A stretch of DNA of 64,000 bases from an uncultured delta proteobacterium (GTDB lineage Bacteria; Desulfobacterota; Binatia; UBA9968). Under the pieces are notes generated by a model. It was not told where the DNA came from, did not search any database, and saw only the letters and a program-made list of their open reading frames with translations. Below are positions 1-9,557 of the stretch, piece by piece (position 1 is the first letter of the stretch; each line of letters begins with the position of its first letter). A program made the translations under genes and the position numbers. Location: assembly GCA_963771465.1 (NCBI GenBank), contig CAVYTU010000017.1:288001-352000 (forward strand), given 5' to 3'.

Positions 1-2
1 AG

Positions 3-326
3 CATCAATTTGAGGATGTGTATTGGATACGGCATGATGCTTGGGATCCGCTGAAAGTAGCGCTGGAAGGTAGCTCGTATTTCAAGTTGCCAAAAATACT
101 CCAATGGTTCACGGGCAATGTTGGACTGCACCACGTGCATCACGTTCGCCCGAGTATTCCGAATTACAATTTGCAACGATGCCACGACGATATTCCGGTG
201 TTTCAAACGGTCACGGTGATGACGCTGCGGACAAGTTTTAGGTCACTGCAGCTAGGTCTATGCGATGAAAAACGCAAAAAACTGGTGAGTTTCCGATCGT
301 TGCAGACGCTGGGTGAAGGCCGTTGA
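3..326 (+). CDS. Fatty acid desaturase, C-terminal part (truncated by window edge)
   Basis: Frame reads HQFEDVYW...WFTGNVGLHHVHH..P.IPNYNL, the third His box of membrane desaturases. Confidence 0.85.
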   Translation, partial: HQFEDVYWIRHDAWDPLKVALEGSSYFKLPKILQWFTGNVGLHHVHHVRPSIPNYNLQRCHDDIPVFQTVTVMTLRTSFRSLQLGLCDEKRKKLVSFRSLQTLGEGR

Positions 327-531
327 CAGGAATCCCGCGTTGCGAATCCAATTCCTGACAGTTTTTTGTATCTCCTATCCTCGACTTGCTATCGCCACCC
401 AATTCACCTAGTCTTGAAACACTTCACTCTAGTCGCAGGGTTCTCCTCGCGGTTACTTGAAATCCTTCAGGTAAGCCTTTGCTCTCAGCCCTTCTTGAAC
501 GGCCGTCAATTACGGTTAAAGGAATACTATC

Positions 532-783
532 TTGAGTTTGTTATTAGTTGTCGTTCTTCCCCTGGCGCTGACGATTGTCGGGGTCATGTTGTTAAACCGG
601 TTAAACCACGTGCGCGATCAGCCTGAATATTCACGCGAAATCGATACCGATGATAAATTAGCTGCCGAGCGTGAAACGAATCATCACGATTCCCATCTTC
701 AACGAGCGCGGATTTTGGAACGGCAAAGAAGCAGTTGCGATTTCGCTCTAGGCATGGACCAGGAGTTTCGAAGTCAATTATAA
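532..783 (+). CDS. Small hypothetical protein with a single N-terminal TM helix
   Basis: TTG start after AAGGA; hydrophobic LLLVVVLPLALTIVGVMLL followed by a charged tail. Confidence 0.45.
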   Translation: MSLLLVVVLPLALTIVGVMLLNRLNHVRDQPEYSREIDTDDKLAAERETNHHDSHLQRARILERQRSSCDFALGMDQEFRSQL

Positions 784-1046
784 TCCGCAACGATTATCAT
801 CGGCGATAAGGCCACCGAGCGTTCGATGAAAAGTATGATTTCATCCAAGAACTGTCTCATTCCCAGCGAATCGTTCGTGCTCGCGCAAAGTAACGGCAGG
901 ATTCCCCGATAAATTAGGCCTTGTTTCCCCTAGATCGGTTCGGCCGGAACTCGACGCGGCACGCGTGTTTCTTTGGAAAAGTGTCTAGTATTGAACGGCG
1001 TTTTTTCACAACGGAGAGTAAACTCCAACTCAAAGGGAGACCGACT

Positions 1047-1718
1047 ATGACCTTGGTACTGTTGCTCCTATTAGTGCTTTACGTGATGGTATGTTTGCCG
1101 CGCTGGGGTTATCACTCGGACTGCTATAATGCTGCGAGAGTTGGCGCTGTGGGACTTCTGATCAGCGTCATCTGGTTACCCACTTTCGCGATCGCTGCCG
1201 GTCCGACTGACCAGGTGCGGGCTACGGTGGACAAGGTGCTGGTGATGGTCAAAAATCCCGACCTAAAATCGCCAGCGCAAAAGAAAGATCTCCAAGCCCG
1301 GCTGGTCGAAGTGATCTATCCCAGGTTCGACTTTGCCGAAATGGCCAAGCGCACGCTGGGACCGCATTGGAGCCGCCGCACGGCCGAGGAACAACGTGAG
1401 TTCGTAAGTATTTTTGCCGCGCTGCTGGGCAGATCCTATTCCGACAAGATCGAATCCTATCGCAGTCAAAACGTCCTCTACACCCGCGAGGTCGAGGATA
1501 AGAACTACGCGGAAGTCGATACTACGATCGTCTCGGAGAAGCAGGAGAGAGTGTCGGTCAATTACAAACTGCACAGCGTCGACAAGGAGTGGCGCGTCTA
1601 CGATCTGGTGATCGAGGATATCAGCATGATCAACAATTACCGATCGCAGTTTAATCGCGTCATCGCGCGTTCCTCTTTCGAGGAACTGGTGCGCGTGTTG
1701 AAAGAAAAGCAGCTGTAG
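1047..1718 (+). CDS. mlaC: MlaC/Ttg2D phospholipid-binding protein with an extended hydrophobic N-terminus
   Basis: GGGAGA RBS before ATG 1047; FDFAEMAKRTLG.HW and W.VYDLVIEDISMINNYRSQF motifs. Confidence 0.85.
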   Translation: MTLVLLLLLVLYVMVCLPRWGYHSDCYNAARVGAVGLLISVIWLPTFAIAAGPTDQVRATVDKVLVMVKNPDLKSPAQKKDLQARLVEVIYPRFDFAEMAKRTLGPHWSRRTAEEQREFVSIFAALLGRSYSDKIESYRSQNVLYTREVEDKNYAEVDTTIVSEKQERVSVNYKLHSVDKEWRVYDLVIEDISMINNYRSQFNRVIARSSFEELVRVLKEKQL

Positions 1719-1799
1719 AATTGCCGAAGCCGGCAGTTAAATTCCCAAGCATTGTGGCTTTATCAGATTTATTTACCGGCATGGAAAGCTTGGTTACAT

Positions 1800-3896
1800 A
1801 TGAAATTACCGTTTCATAGTTTCGCCAGTCGAATTACTTCGGTATCCGACCGCCATTTCGCCGAAAGCCCGGTAGAAACCGGGCCGCGTAAGAGCGTTGC
1901 CGAATTTATCGCCGGTATCCGTACGCGTTACGCCGAGCAAAAGAAAAATGGCGCACCTAATGAGAAAAAATTCCGGCCGGCGACGATCTGGTATTTTCTC
2001 GCGATTATTTCTCTCGTCTTCTTAGTGCAAAATCTACTCGGCAGTCGGCATGTCGAAATCATCAGTTATAGCCAGTTCAAATCCCTGGTCAAAAAGGACT
2101 TGATCAACGATCTGGTCATTCGTGAAACCACCGTCGATGGCAATTTAAAGGGAGCGGCGGTTAAGGAAATCTTTAGCCCGGAGAAACTAAAGGATATAGC
2201 GGCGGAGGTGATCGCCGGCAAAAAACTTTTTCCTTTCGTAACGGTAAGAGTGGAAGATCCGGGCCTGACGGCCGAACTTGAAGCGGCGAAAGTACCGTTT
2301 AAAGGGGAAGTGACCAACAATTGGCTACCGACCCTTTTGTCCTGGGTGGTTCCGGTTGTGCTGTTTTTTCTGATGTGGAGTTATCTTGGCAGGAAGATGG
2401 GGTCGGCGAGCGGTGGTTTGATGCAGATCGGCAAGAGCAAAGCAAAAGTCTATATCGAGAAAAAAACCGGCGTTACCTTTGCCGACGTTGCTGGCATCGA
2501 CGAAGCCGAAGAAGAAGTCGCTGAAGTCGTCGGATTCCTCAAAGATCCGGCAAAGTATCAAAGATTGGGCGGTCGTATTCCCAAGGGTGTTTTGATCGTC
2601 GGACCGCCGGGTACGGGAAAAACTCTGCTCGCCCGCGCGGTGGCCGGCGAGGCCGGCGTGCCATTCTTCAGCCTGACCGGTTCCGACTTTGTCGAGATGT
2701 TTGTCGGTGTCGGCGCGGCACGGGTCAGGGATCTGTTTATGCAAGCGGTGAAGAATGCGCCGAGCATTATTTTCATCGATGAGCTCGATGCCATCGGCAA
2801 GGCCAGGGGAGTGAGCATACTCACGGGCAACGACGAGCGCGAACAAACCCTCAATCAACTCTTGGCTGAGATGGATGGCTTTGATCCGAACCAAGGAGTC
2901 ATCATCATGGCTGCCACCAACCGGCCGGAAATCCTCGACGCCGCACTGCTCCGTCCGGGCCGCTTCGACCGGCAGATCCTCGTCGACCGACCCGACATCA
3001 AAGGACGGACAAAGATTCTCGAATTGCATGCCAAGAAGGTTACGCTTTCCGCTGATCTCGACCTTGCCGTTGTGGCCGCTAAGACGCCGGGCTTCGTCGG
3101 CGCCGATCTCGCCAACATCGTCAACGAAGCGGCGTTGTTGGCGGCGCGCCAGGACAAGGAGTCGATTGAGATGGCAGAATTTGACGAGGCGATCGAACGG
3201 GTGGTCGCGGGATTACAAAAGAAAAGCCACGTCATCAATCCGAAGGAAAAGAAAATTGTCGCCTACCACGAATCCGGTCACGCGTTGGTGGCGGAGCTCG
3301 TGCCTGGTGCCGATGCGGTTTCCAAGATTTCCATCATACCGAGAGGCGTAGCGGCCTTGGGTTACACAAGTCAGCTGCCCACTGAGGACCGCTATCTCAT
3401 GACCCGTTCTGAGTTGCTCGGGCGCATCGATGTCCTTTTGGGCGGCCGAGTCGCCGAGGAAATCGTCTTCGGCGATGTCTCGACCGGGGCGCAGAACGAC
3501 TTGCAGCGAGCCACCGAGATTGCCAGAACCATGGTCACCCAATTCGGCATGAGTGAAAAACTCGGCCTCGCGTCTCTCGAAGGACCGCGCCATGCCACGT
3601 TCTTGATGGTGCCCACTCAGAGTCCCAAGGAGTACAGCGAGGAAACCGCCCGGCTCATCGATGAAGAGGTAAAACGAATATTGTCAGACGCTCATACCAA
3701 AGCTCGGGATATCCTGGTCGCGCACCGCTCGGCGCTGGAGGAATTGGCAAAGCTGCTGCTGGAAAAGGAAGTGGTTGAGCGGCCGGCGCTGCAGGCGATT
3801 TTAAAAGTGCGGAGCATCGACAGTTTGAAAGACAAAAAGCGCGCCGCCGACTCGTCCGGCAGCGAAAGCAATCAGACCAAGGTCGAGCGGGAATAG
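1800..3896 (+). CDS. ftsH: ATP-dependent zinc metalloprotease FtsH (paralog)
   Basis: Two TM segments, Walker A GPPGTGKT, Walker [27 protein letters not shown] Zn motif; start codon uncertain. Confidence 0.95.
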   Translation: MKLPFHSFASRITSVSDRHFAESPVETGPRKSVAEFIAGIRTRYAEQKKNGAPNEKKFRPATIWYFLAIISLVFLVQNLLGSRHVEIISYSQFKSLVKKDLINDLVIRETTVDGNLKGAAVKEIFSPEKLKDIAAEVIAGKKLFPFVTVRVEDPGLTAELEAAKVPFKGEVTNNWLPTLLSWVVPVVLFFLMWSYLGRKMGSASGGLMQIGKSKAKVYIEKKTGVTFADVAGIDEAEEEVAEVVGFLKDPAKYQRLGGRIPKGVLIVGPPGTGKTLLARAVAGEAGVPFFSLTGSDFVEMFVGVGAARVRDLFMQAVKNAPSIIFIDELDAIGKARGVSILTGNDEREQTLNQLLAEMDGFDPNQGVIIMAATNRPEILDAALLRPGRFDRQILVDRPDIKGRTKILELHAKKVTLSADLDLAVVAAKTPGFVGADLANIVNEAALLAARQDKESIEMAEFDEAIERVVAGLQKKSHVINPKEKKIVAYHESGHALVAELVPGADAVSKISIIPRGVAALGYTSQLPTEDRYLMTRSELLGRIDVLLGGRVAEEIVFGDVSTGAQNDLQRATEIARTMVTQFGMSEKLGLASLEGPRHATFLMVPTQSPKEYSEETARLIDEEVKRILSDAHTKARDILVAHRSALEELAKLLLEKEVVERPALQAILKVRSIDSLKDKKRAADSSGSESNQTKVERE

Positions 3897-3988
3897 CTAT
3901 TTGTGGAAAATGAAAATCGATGATCTAAATCAGCGGAAAAGCGGGGCGCCATTGCCAAACAGATATAAGTCGAGGGATCGGAGCTAAA

Positions 3989-4144
3989 ATGTTGTGGTTT
4001 ATTTTGGCATTGCTGGTAATCACCGGTTTGACGGGATTTTTTGGCTCGCACACGCTGGTTAGCGGGGTCATCCAAATATTTGTGATATGCGCTTTGGTGG
4101 CGCTCGGGATCAAGCGTATCTGGCGGATTAAAGATGAATACTAA
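3989..4144 (+). CDS. 51-aa two-TM small membrane protein (lmo0937-like); absent from the ORF track
   Basis: Manual translation MLWFILALLVITGLTGFFGSHTLVSGVIQIFVICALVALGIKRIWRIKDEY*; GGAG RBS; overlaps the next gene start. Confidence 0.65.
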   Translation: MLWFILALLVITGLTGFFGSHTLVSGVIQIFVICALVALGIKRIWRIKDEY

Positions 4145-4364
4145 ATCGCTAATCCAATTCGGCATAGCCCTGATTTTTCTTGCTCTCGCGGCGTTCATTT
4201 ACTCAGGTGTTAGCCTCACCAGCCGCGAGAAGCTTCTCGAATATGGACCCATGCAGGCGATCGCTGAGATCAATACGGTAGTGCCTTGGTCACCACTTGT
4301 GGGCGGATTGGTGTTGGTGGGAGGGATTGTATTGGTTGTGGTTGGCGTTAAGAATTCTTCGTAG
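4134..4364 (+). CDS. Small two-TM membrane protein (DUF3185-like)
   Basis: TM - TSREKLLEYGPMQA loop - P.SPLVGGLVLVGGIVL TM pattern. Confidence 0.7.
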   Translation: MNTKSLIQFGIALIFLALAAFIYSGVSLTSREKLLEYGPMQAIAEINTVVPWSPLVGGLVLVGGIVLVVVGVKNSS

Positions 4365-4473
4365 CGGGCGTGGTCGTTTGCCCAGCGCGGGCCGGAGTTG
4401 TGCTACATTGGGATCGCTGGAAGTCGTCGGCATAGGCGAAAATCGCACGCGTATCTGCCACGTGAAAATACCC

Positions 4474-6153
4474 ATGGCGGAAACAAGCATGAATCTCGTC
4501 CCTTCATTTCTCAATTACGTTCCAGTTTCGTTGGAATTTGGCACCAGCGGGTTACGCGGTTTAGTTGCCGATATCACTGACCTCGAAGCCTACATCAATG
4601 TCAAAGGCGCACTCAGTTATTTGTCGAGCAGCGGCGATATTCATTCCGCCAGCACGGTGGTTATCGCCGGCGACTTGAGGCCGAGTACTGACCGGATCAT
4701 GGGCGCTTGCGCCCGGGCGATTGTCGATTCGGGTTGTCGGGTCGAAAACGCCGGCAAGATCCCGACGCCGGCGCTCGTCGCGCATGCGATCGCCAATGGA
4801 CGCGCCGGCGTGATGGTAACCGGTAGCCATATTCCCTTTGACCGTAACGGCATCAAGCTCAACAAAAGCGCCGGCGAAGTTTTGAAGTCGGACGAAGCAG
4901 CGATTATCCGCGCCGTCCAGCGCGTGCGCGCTGAAGAATACAGCAGGAGCGCGGCCGCATCGGCATTCGATGCATTCGGGATGTTCAAGCAAACGGCGGA
5001 TTTGCCGCCGCTCGATGGCGCTGCTGAAGATGCCTATGTACGGCGATATCTGCAAAGCTTTACCCGCGGTGGGCTCGCCGGTATGAGGATTCTGGCTTAT
5101 CAGCATTCGGCGGTGGGGCGCGATTTATTGCCGCGTATCTTGCGCGAGTTGGGCGCTTTCGTGGTAACCGCCGGACGGAGCGAAACTTTCATTCCCATCG
5201 ATACCGAGAATATTACCGACGAGCAGTTGGACCGATTGGAAGCCTTAGCGGTCAGCGCTGAAACTACGGACGGACCGCTCGACGCGATTGTTTCCACCGA
5301 CGGCGACTCCGATCGGCCGTTGGTTGCCGCCGTGCTACCCGCCGCTGCGGTCCAGTCAGGTGGCCGCCGCGTGCGCTTCCTGCCTGGCGATCTGCTCGGC
5401 ATCGTCGTCGCCGAGTATCTCGGCGCGGATGGCGCCGCGGTGCCCATCAGCGCCAACGATGCCGTCGAGCGACGCATGAGTGAGCGCAAAGTTTTGCTGG
5501 AAAAGACCAAGATCGGCTCGCCCTACGTGATCTCGGCTCTCGATGAGTTGCGCGGCAAAAACGTGGCGCAGCGTATCGTCGGTTGGGAAGCCAACGGCGG
5601 CTTCTTGACCGGCAGCGACATCGCGCTAAATGCCGGTACGCTAGCGGCGCTGCCGACGCGGGATGCGATGCTGCCGATCTTGGCAAACCTTTTTGCTGCC
5701 GCCGAGCAGACCATTTCCTTGTCGACCTTGTGGGATCGCTTGCCCGCGCGATTTGGCCGGGCCGGCTTACTCGACAATTTTCCCACCACGGCGAGCCGGG
5801 CCATTCTCGCTCAACTGACTCCCAATGAGGACGTAATCGAAGTTGAGTTCGATAGCGCGGAGCTTGGCGTTGTTCGCAATCACGGACAACGCTGCCAAGC
5901 GGCGTTAATGCGTTTCTTCACGCCAGCCCTCGGTTTCGATGACATCGTGCGAATCAATGTACTTGACGGCGTGCGGGTTTATTTTCGTAACGGCGACGTC
6001 GCCCATATCCGGCCGTCGGGGAACGCGCCGCAGCTGCGCATCTATGCCGTCGGCGATTCTCAAGCGCGTGCCGATAACATCGTCGAATGTGCCGTGCGCG
6101 AGCCGGACGGCATCCTGCGTCAGTTGGAACGATCGTTGACGGGAAGTTTGTAA
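4474..6153 (+). CDS. Phosphomannomutase/phosphoglucomutase
   Basis: FGTSGLRG, TGSHIP (catalytic Ser), TDGDSDRP metal loop, GWEANGG, RPSGNAP. Confidence 0.92.
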   Translation: MAETSMNLVPSFLNYVPVSLEFGTSGLRGLVADITDLEAYINVKGALSYLSSSGDIHSASTVVIAGDLRPSTDRIMGACARAIVDSGCRVENAGKIPTPALVAHAIANGRAGVMVTGSHIPFDRNGIKLNKSAGEVLKSDEAAIIRAVQRVRAEEYSRSAAASAFDAFGMFKQTADLPPLDGAAEDAYVRRYLQSFTRGGLAGMRILAYQHSAVGRDLLPRILRELGAFVVTAGRSETFIPIDTENITDEQLDRLEALAVSAETTDGPLDAIVSTDGDSDRPLVAAVLPAAAVQSGGRRVRFLPGDLLGIVVAEYLGADGAAVPISANDAVERRMSERKVLLEKTKIGSPYVISALDELRGKNVAQRIVGWEANGGFLTGSDIALNAGTLAALPTRDAMLPILANLFAAAEQTISLSTLWDRLPARFGRAGLLDNFPTTASRAILAQLTPNEDVIEVEFDSAELGVVRNHGQRCQAALMRFFTPALGFDDIVRINVLDGVRVYFRNGDVAHIRPSGNAPQLRIYAVGDSQARADNIVECAVREPDGILRQLERSLTGSL

Positions 6154-6253
6154 AAGATTCTTGGCATAGGGTTTCACTTCACGGTTACTTGTAATGCTTC
6201 AAGTAAGCCTCCGATGCTTAAACCCTCTAACCGATTCAATCCAGGAGGTTGAA

Positions 6254-6574
6254 ATGTACAGTCGCAACGTCAGTTTCAAACTTAAGTCGAAGTGCAGCGC
6301 GGAGTTTACCAGCATTCTCGAGGGGCAGATTATTCCCTTGCTGCGCCGGCAGAAAGGCTTTGAGGACGAGATCAGTTTTATCGCGCCGGAACGTAACGTG
6401 GCGGTGGCGATCAGTCTTTGGGAGAAGAAGGATGACGCCGAGGCGTATGGCCGAAAGACCTATCCTGAGATCTTGAAGTCTTTATCCAGCGTTATCGAAG
6501 GCACTCCCGTCGTGGAATCGTTTGAGGTCTCGAACTCGACCTCGCACCAGATCGCGGCGAGCGCGGTAAGCTAG
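6254..6574 (+). CDS. ABM/dimeric alpha-beta barrel protein
   Basis: AGGAGG RBS; LRRQKGF...ISLWEKKDDAEAY pattern. Confidence 0.7.
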   Translation: MYSRNVSFKLKSKCSAEFTSILEGQIIPLLRRQKGFEDEISFIAPERNVAVAISLWEKKDDAEAYGRKTYPEILKSLSSVIEGTPVVESFEVSNSTSHQIAASAVS

Positions 6575-6603
6575 TCAAGCCTTGCGGCTCGGAAAGTGCG
6601 ATA

Positions 6604-6645
6604 TCCCCGTCTCCGGATTGGCGTAACCCTATGCCGGAGCGGGGA
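6604..6645 (+). terminator. GC-rich stem-loop after the ABM gene
   Basis: TCCCCG-T-CTCCGG ... CCGGAG-CGGGGA inverted repeat; no clear U-tract. Confidence 0.35.
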
Positions 6646-6837
6646 CGACTGGGTTGTCGTAGCGAGTGATCCTTGCCGCACGCGCCTTCCAGGGCGAAAT
6701 TTTAGAGACTGCAGGCGGCAGAACTGCTCTCGCTGTCGTCGTTGAGCTAATGAGTCCTCGATCCATCATTCGCATGGCCTCGCTAGGATTGCGCCGCTAA
6801 TCGATATCCGTTAGTTTCGAATTCTCGACTTTGACGT

Positions 6838-8133
6838 TTGGGCACAACTTTGGATTCACAGCGCAGCCGCATTTACCCACCCGCTTCACCCGGTGCGAAA
6901 AAAAGAATTGCCTTCGCGGCGCTCAAGCATAAAGACTATCGCTGGTTTCTTGGCGCGACGATGCTCGCCATGATGGCGGACAACATCGAGCATGTGATCA
7001 GCTATTGGGTGTTGTTTCAAAAATTTCAGTCGCCGGTGCTGGCGGGCTTCGCCGTCATCAGTCATTGGACGCCGTTCCTGTTGCTGTCGGTTTACTTCGG
7101 CGCTTTGGCGGATCGCTACGATTGCCGCAAGCTGATTCAGATCGCGCAAGTGATGTACATGGCGGTGACGGTGGTCTGGGCAATCCTGTTTTGGACGGAT
7201 ACGATTCAAATATGGCACGCCTGTGTGCTGCTGGTGATTCATGGTATCGCCGGCGTGTTCTGGACCCCAGCGGAGATTCTGTTGATTCACGATATCGTCG
7301 GTGGCGACGATCTGCCGAGCGCGGTCCGGCTCAACGCCACGGCGCGCCAACTTGGCATTCTTTTCGGTCCAGCGGTGGGCGGTGCCATGATGCTCTGGTT
7401 CGGCGCGCCGACGGGTTTGCTGATCAACGCCGTCATTTACGTTCCCTTCACGGTTTGGTTAATGCTTGTCCCCTACACCGGACATCTGCGCGAAGGCGCG
7501 CCGGCTCGCCGGGGTCTCCGGTGGCGCGACGCACTTGGCGTGCTGCGCGAGGTCGCGCAACATCGCTCGATTGTGACCATGATCGTGCTCGGCGGCGCGG
7601 CGTCGCTTTTGGTCGGCAATGCTTTTCAAGCCAGCATGCCGGAGTTCGCCCATGACCTCGGCACGGAAAAAGCAGATTACGCCTATAGCGCGCTGCTCGC
7701 CGCCAACGCCGCCGGCGCCGTGTTCGGCGGCTTTGTGCTCGATGGCAAAGCCTGGCTGCCGCCGACAGTGAAGGCGGCGATCGGCTGCGCGATCCTTTGG
7801 TGCGTCGTTATGACTGCCTTCGCTTTTTCCAACAGTTATTCCCTGTCAATGACGCTGTTGTTCGTCGCTGGCGCTTTGAATCTCGCTTTCTACTCCATCG
7901 CCCAAACCATCGTTCAGCTGGAAGCGCCGATGCATCTGCGCGGCCGCTTGATTGGCCTCTTCTCCATGTCCGCCTTTGGATTGCGCGCTTTCAGCGGCGT
8001 AACCGTCGGAGTGATCGGCGGACTGATCGGGATTCACTGGTCATTGGCGCTCAGTTCCTTGGTGCTGCTGGCGGTGACTTTGGCTCTCCTCGCTTTCGCG
8101 CAACAGCGTCAAACCGTGGGTGAAATGAGTTGA
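6838..8133 (+). CDS. MFS transporter (MFS_3/DHA3-like), paralog 1
   Basis: About 12 TM; FAALKHKDYR start, GALADRYDCRK motif A, LRGRLIG. Confidence 0.9.
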   Translation: MGTTLDSQRSRIYPPASPGAKKRIAFAALKHKDYRWFLGATMLAMMADNIEHVISYWVLFQKFQSPVLAGFAVISHWTPFLLLSVYFGALADRYDCRKLIQIAQVMYMAVTVVWAILFWTDTIQIWHACVLLVIHGIAGVFWTPAEILLIHDIVGGDDLPSAVRLNATARQLGILFGPAVGGAMMLWFGAPTGLLINAVIYVPFTVWLMLVPYTGHLREGAPARRGLRWRDALGVLREVAQHRSIVTMIVLGGAASLLVGNAFQASMPEFAHDLGTEKADYAYSALLAANAAGAVFGGFVLDGKAWLPPTVKAAIGCAILWCVVMTAFAFSNSYSLSMTLLFVAGALNLAFYSIAQTIVQLEAPMHLRGRLIGLFSMSAFGLRAFSGVTVGVIGGLIGIHWSLALSSLVLLAVTLALLAFAQQRQTVGEMS

Positions 8134-8246
8134 GCGGTGTTCGCTTGTCCGCATGAACCGACGAGGCTAATCGCGGAATCCCCCCACTCCAGTACGCGCT
8201 GCGATTTGAATCACCTAGAGATATTGGTTACTGTCCGAATTTAATC

Positions 8247-9524
8247 TTGCAACTTTTGGAGTCTCCATTGGCATCGGCTGCACCGGAAAAACGGCTCGCC
8301 TTCGCGGCGTTACATCACAAAGATTTTCGCGCCTATTTCGTCACAACGGCGCTGGCCATGATGGCGGACAACATCGAGCACGTGATTAGCTACTGGCTGC
8401 TCTATCAGAAATTTCAATCGCCGGTGCTCGCCGGCTTCGCCGTGCTGAGCCACTGGACGCCGTTCTTGCTCTTCGCGGTTTATTTCGGCGCCATGGCCGA
8501 CCGCTACGATTGTCGCAAAGTCATTCAGGTGGCGCAGATCATGTACATGGGCGTGTCGGCGGCGTGGGCGTTTCTGTTCTGGACCGATACCATCGAACTC
8601 TGGCATGCCTGCGTTCTTCTCATCATCCATGGCATGGCGGGAGTACTGTGGGGGCCGGGCAGCCAATTGCTCATCCACGATATCGTCGGCCACGAGCAAT
8701 TGCAGAGCGCCATTCGGCTCAACTCGACGAGTCGGCAGCTGGGAGTTCTTTTCGGGCCGGCGGTGGGCGGCGCCATGATGCTGATCTTCAGTCCGTCGGC
8801 GGGATTGATGGTCAACACACTCATCTACATGCCGCTGACCCTTTGGCTGCTCAGAGTGCCCTATACCGGCCACAGCCGCGAAAGCGCCGCGCCGTCGCGG
8901 CGTGCCATCGGCTGGGGCGACGCGTTTCAAATCGTTCGCGAAATTTCGGGCAACCGGCCGATCATCACGATGGTCGCTCTCGGTGGTTGCGTGTCGTTTT
9001 TTGTCGGCACCGCTTTTCAAGCGACCATGCCGGAGTTCGCCCATGACCTCGGTACGGAGAAGGCCGATTTCGCCTATAGCGCGCTGCTCGCCGCCAACGC
9101 CGCCGGCGCCGTGGTCGGCGGCTTCTTGCTCGAGGGCCGGTCGTGGTTGCCGCCGAATCAAAAAACCGCGTTTATCAGCGCCATTCTATGGTGCGTTGCC
9201 ATCGCCTCGTTCGCACTGTCGACCCACTATTACTTATCGTTGAGTCTGCTGTTTGTCGCCGGCGTGTTGAATCTCGCCTTCTCTTCGATGGCGCAAACCA
9301 TCGTCCAGCTTCGTTCGCCGGCGGAGTTGCGCGGCCGCGTGATCGGCTTGTACGCGATGACGAGCATGGGCTTCAAAGCGTTCAGCGGCTTGACCGTAGG
9401 CGTCGTCGGCGGCTTGATCGGCGTGCACTGGTCGTTGGCTTTGAGCGCCATGGTCTTGATGACGATCACCATCGCGCTGTTCGCTTTCTCGATACCCGCA
9501 GTGCCGGCAAAGGCGCAAAGCTGA
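8247..9524 (+). CDS. MFS transporter, paralog 2
   Basis: Same motifs as paralog 1 (DNIEHVISYW, GAMADRYDCRK, LRGRVIG). Confidence 0.9.
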   Translation: MQLLESPLASAAPEKRLAFAALHHKDFRAYFVTTALAMMADNIEHVISYWLLYQKFQSPVLAGFAVLSHWTPFLLFAVYFGAMADRYDCRKVIQVAQIMYMGVSAAWAFLFWTDTIELWHACVLLIIHGMAGVLWGPGSQLLIHDIVGHEQLQSAIRLNSTSRQLGVLFGPAVGGAMMLIFSPSAGLMVNTLIYMPLTLWLLRVPYTGHSRESAAPSRRAIGWGDAFQIVREISGNRPIITMVALGGCVSFFVGTAFQATMPEFAHDLGTEKADFAYSALLAANAAGAVVGGFLLEGRSWLPPNQKTAFISAILWCVAIASFALSTHYYLSLSLLFVAGVLNLAFSSMAQTIVQLRSPAELRGRVIGLYAMTSMGFKAFSGLTVGVVGGLIGVHWSLALSAMVLMTITIALFAFSIPAVPAKAQS

Positions 9525-9557
9525 CGCTCAACTCGCACCAACGCAGCGCGCAATAAC

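Noticed and set aside
957-6176. Sigma54 promoters at 957 (CGGCAC-N5-TTTC) and 6162 (TGGCAT-N5-TTCA)
   Set aside because: The -12 GC dinucleotide is missing in both
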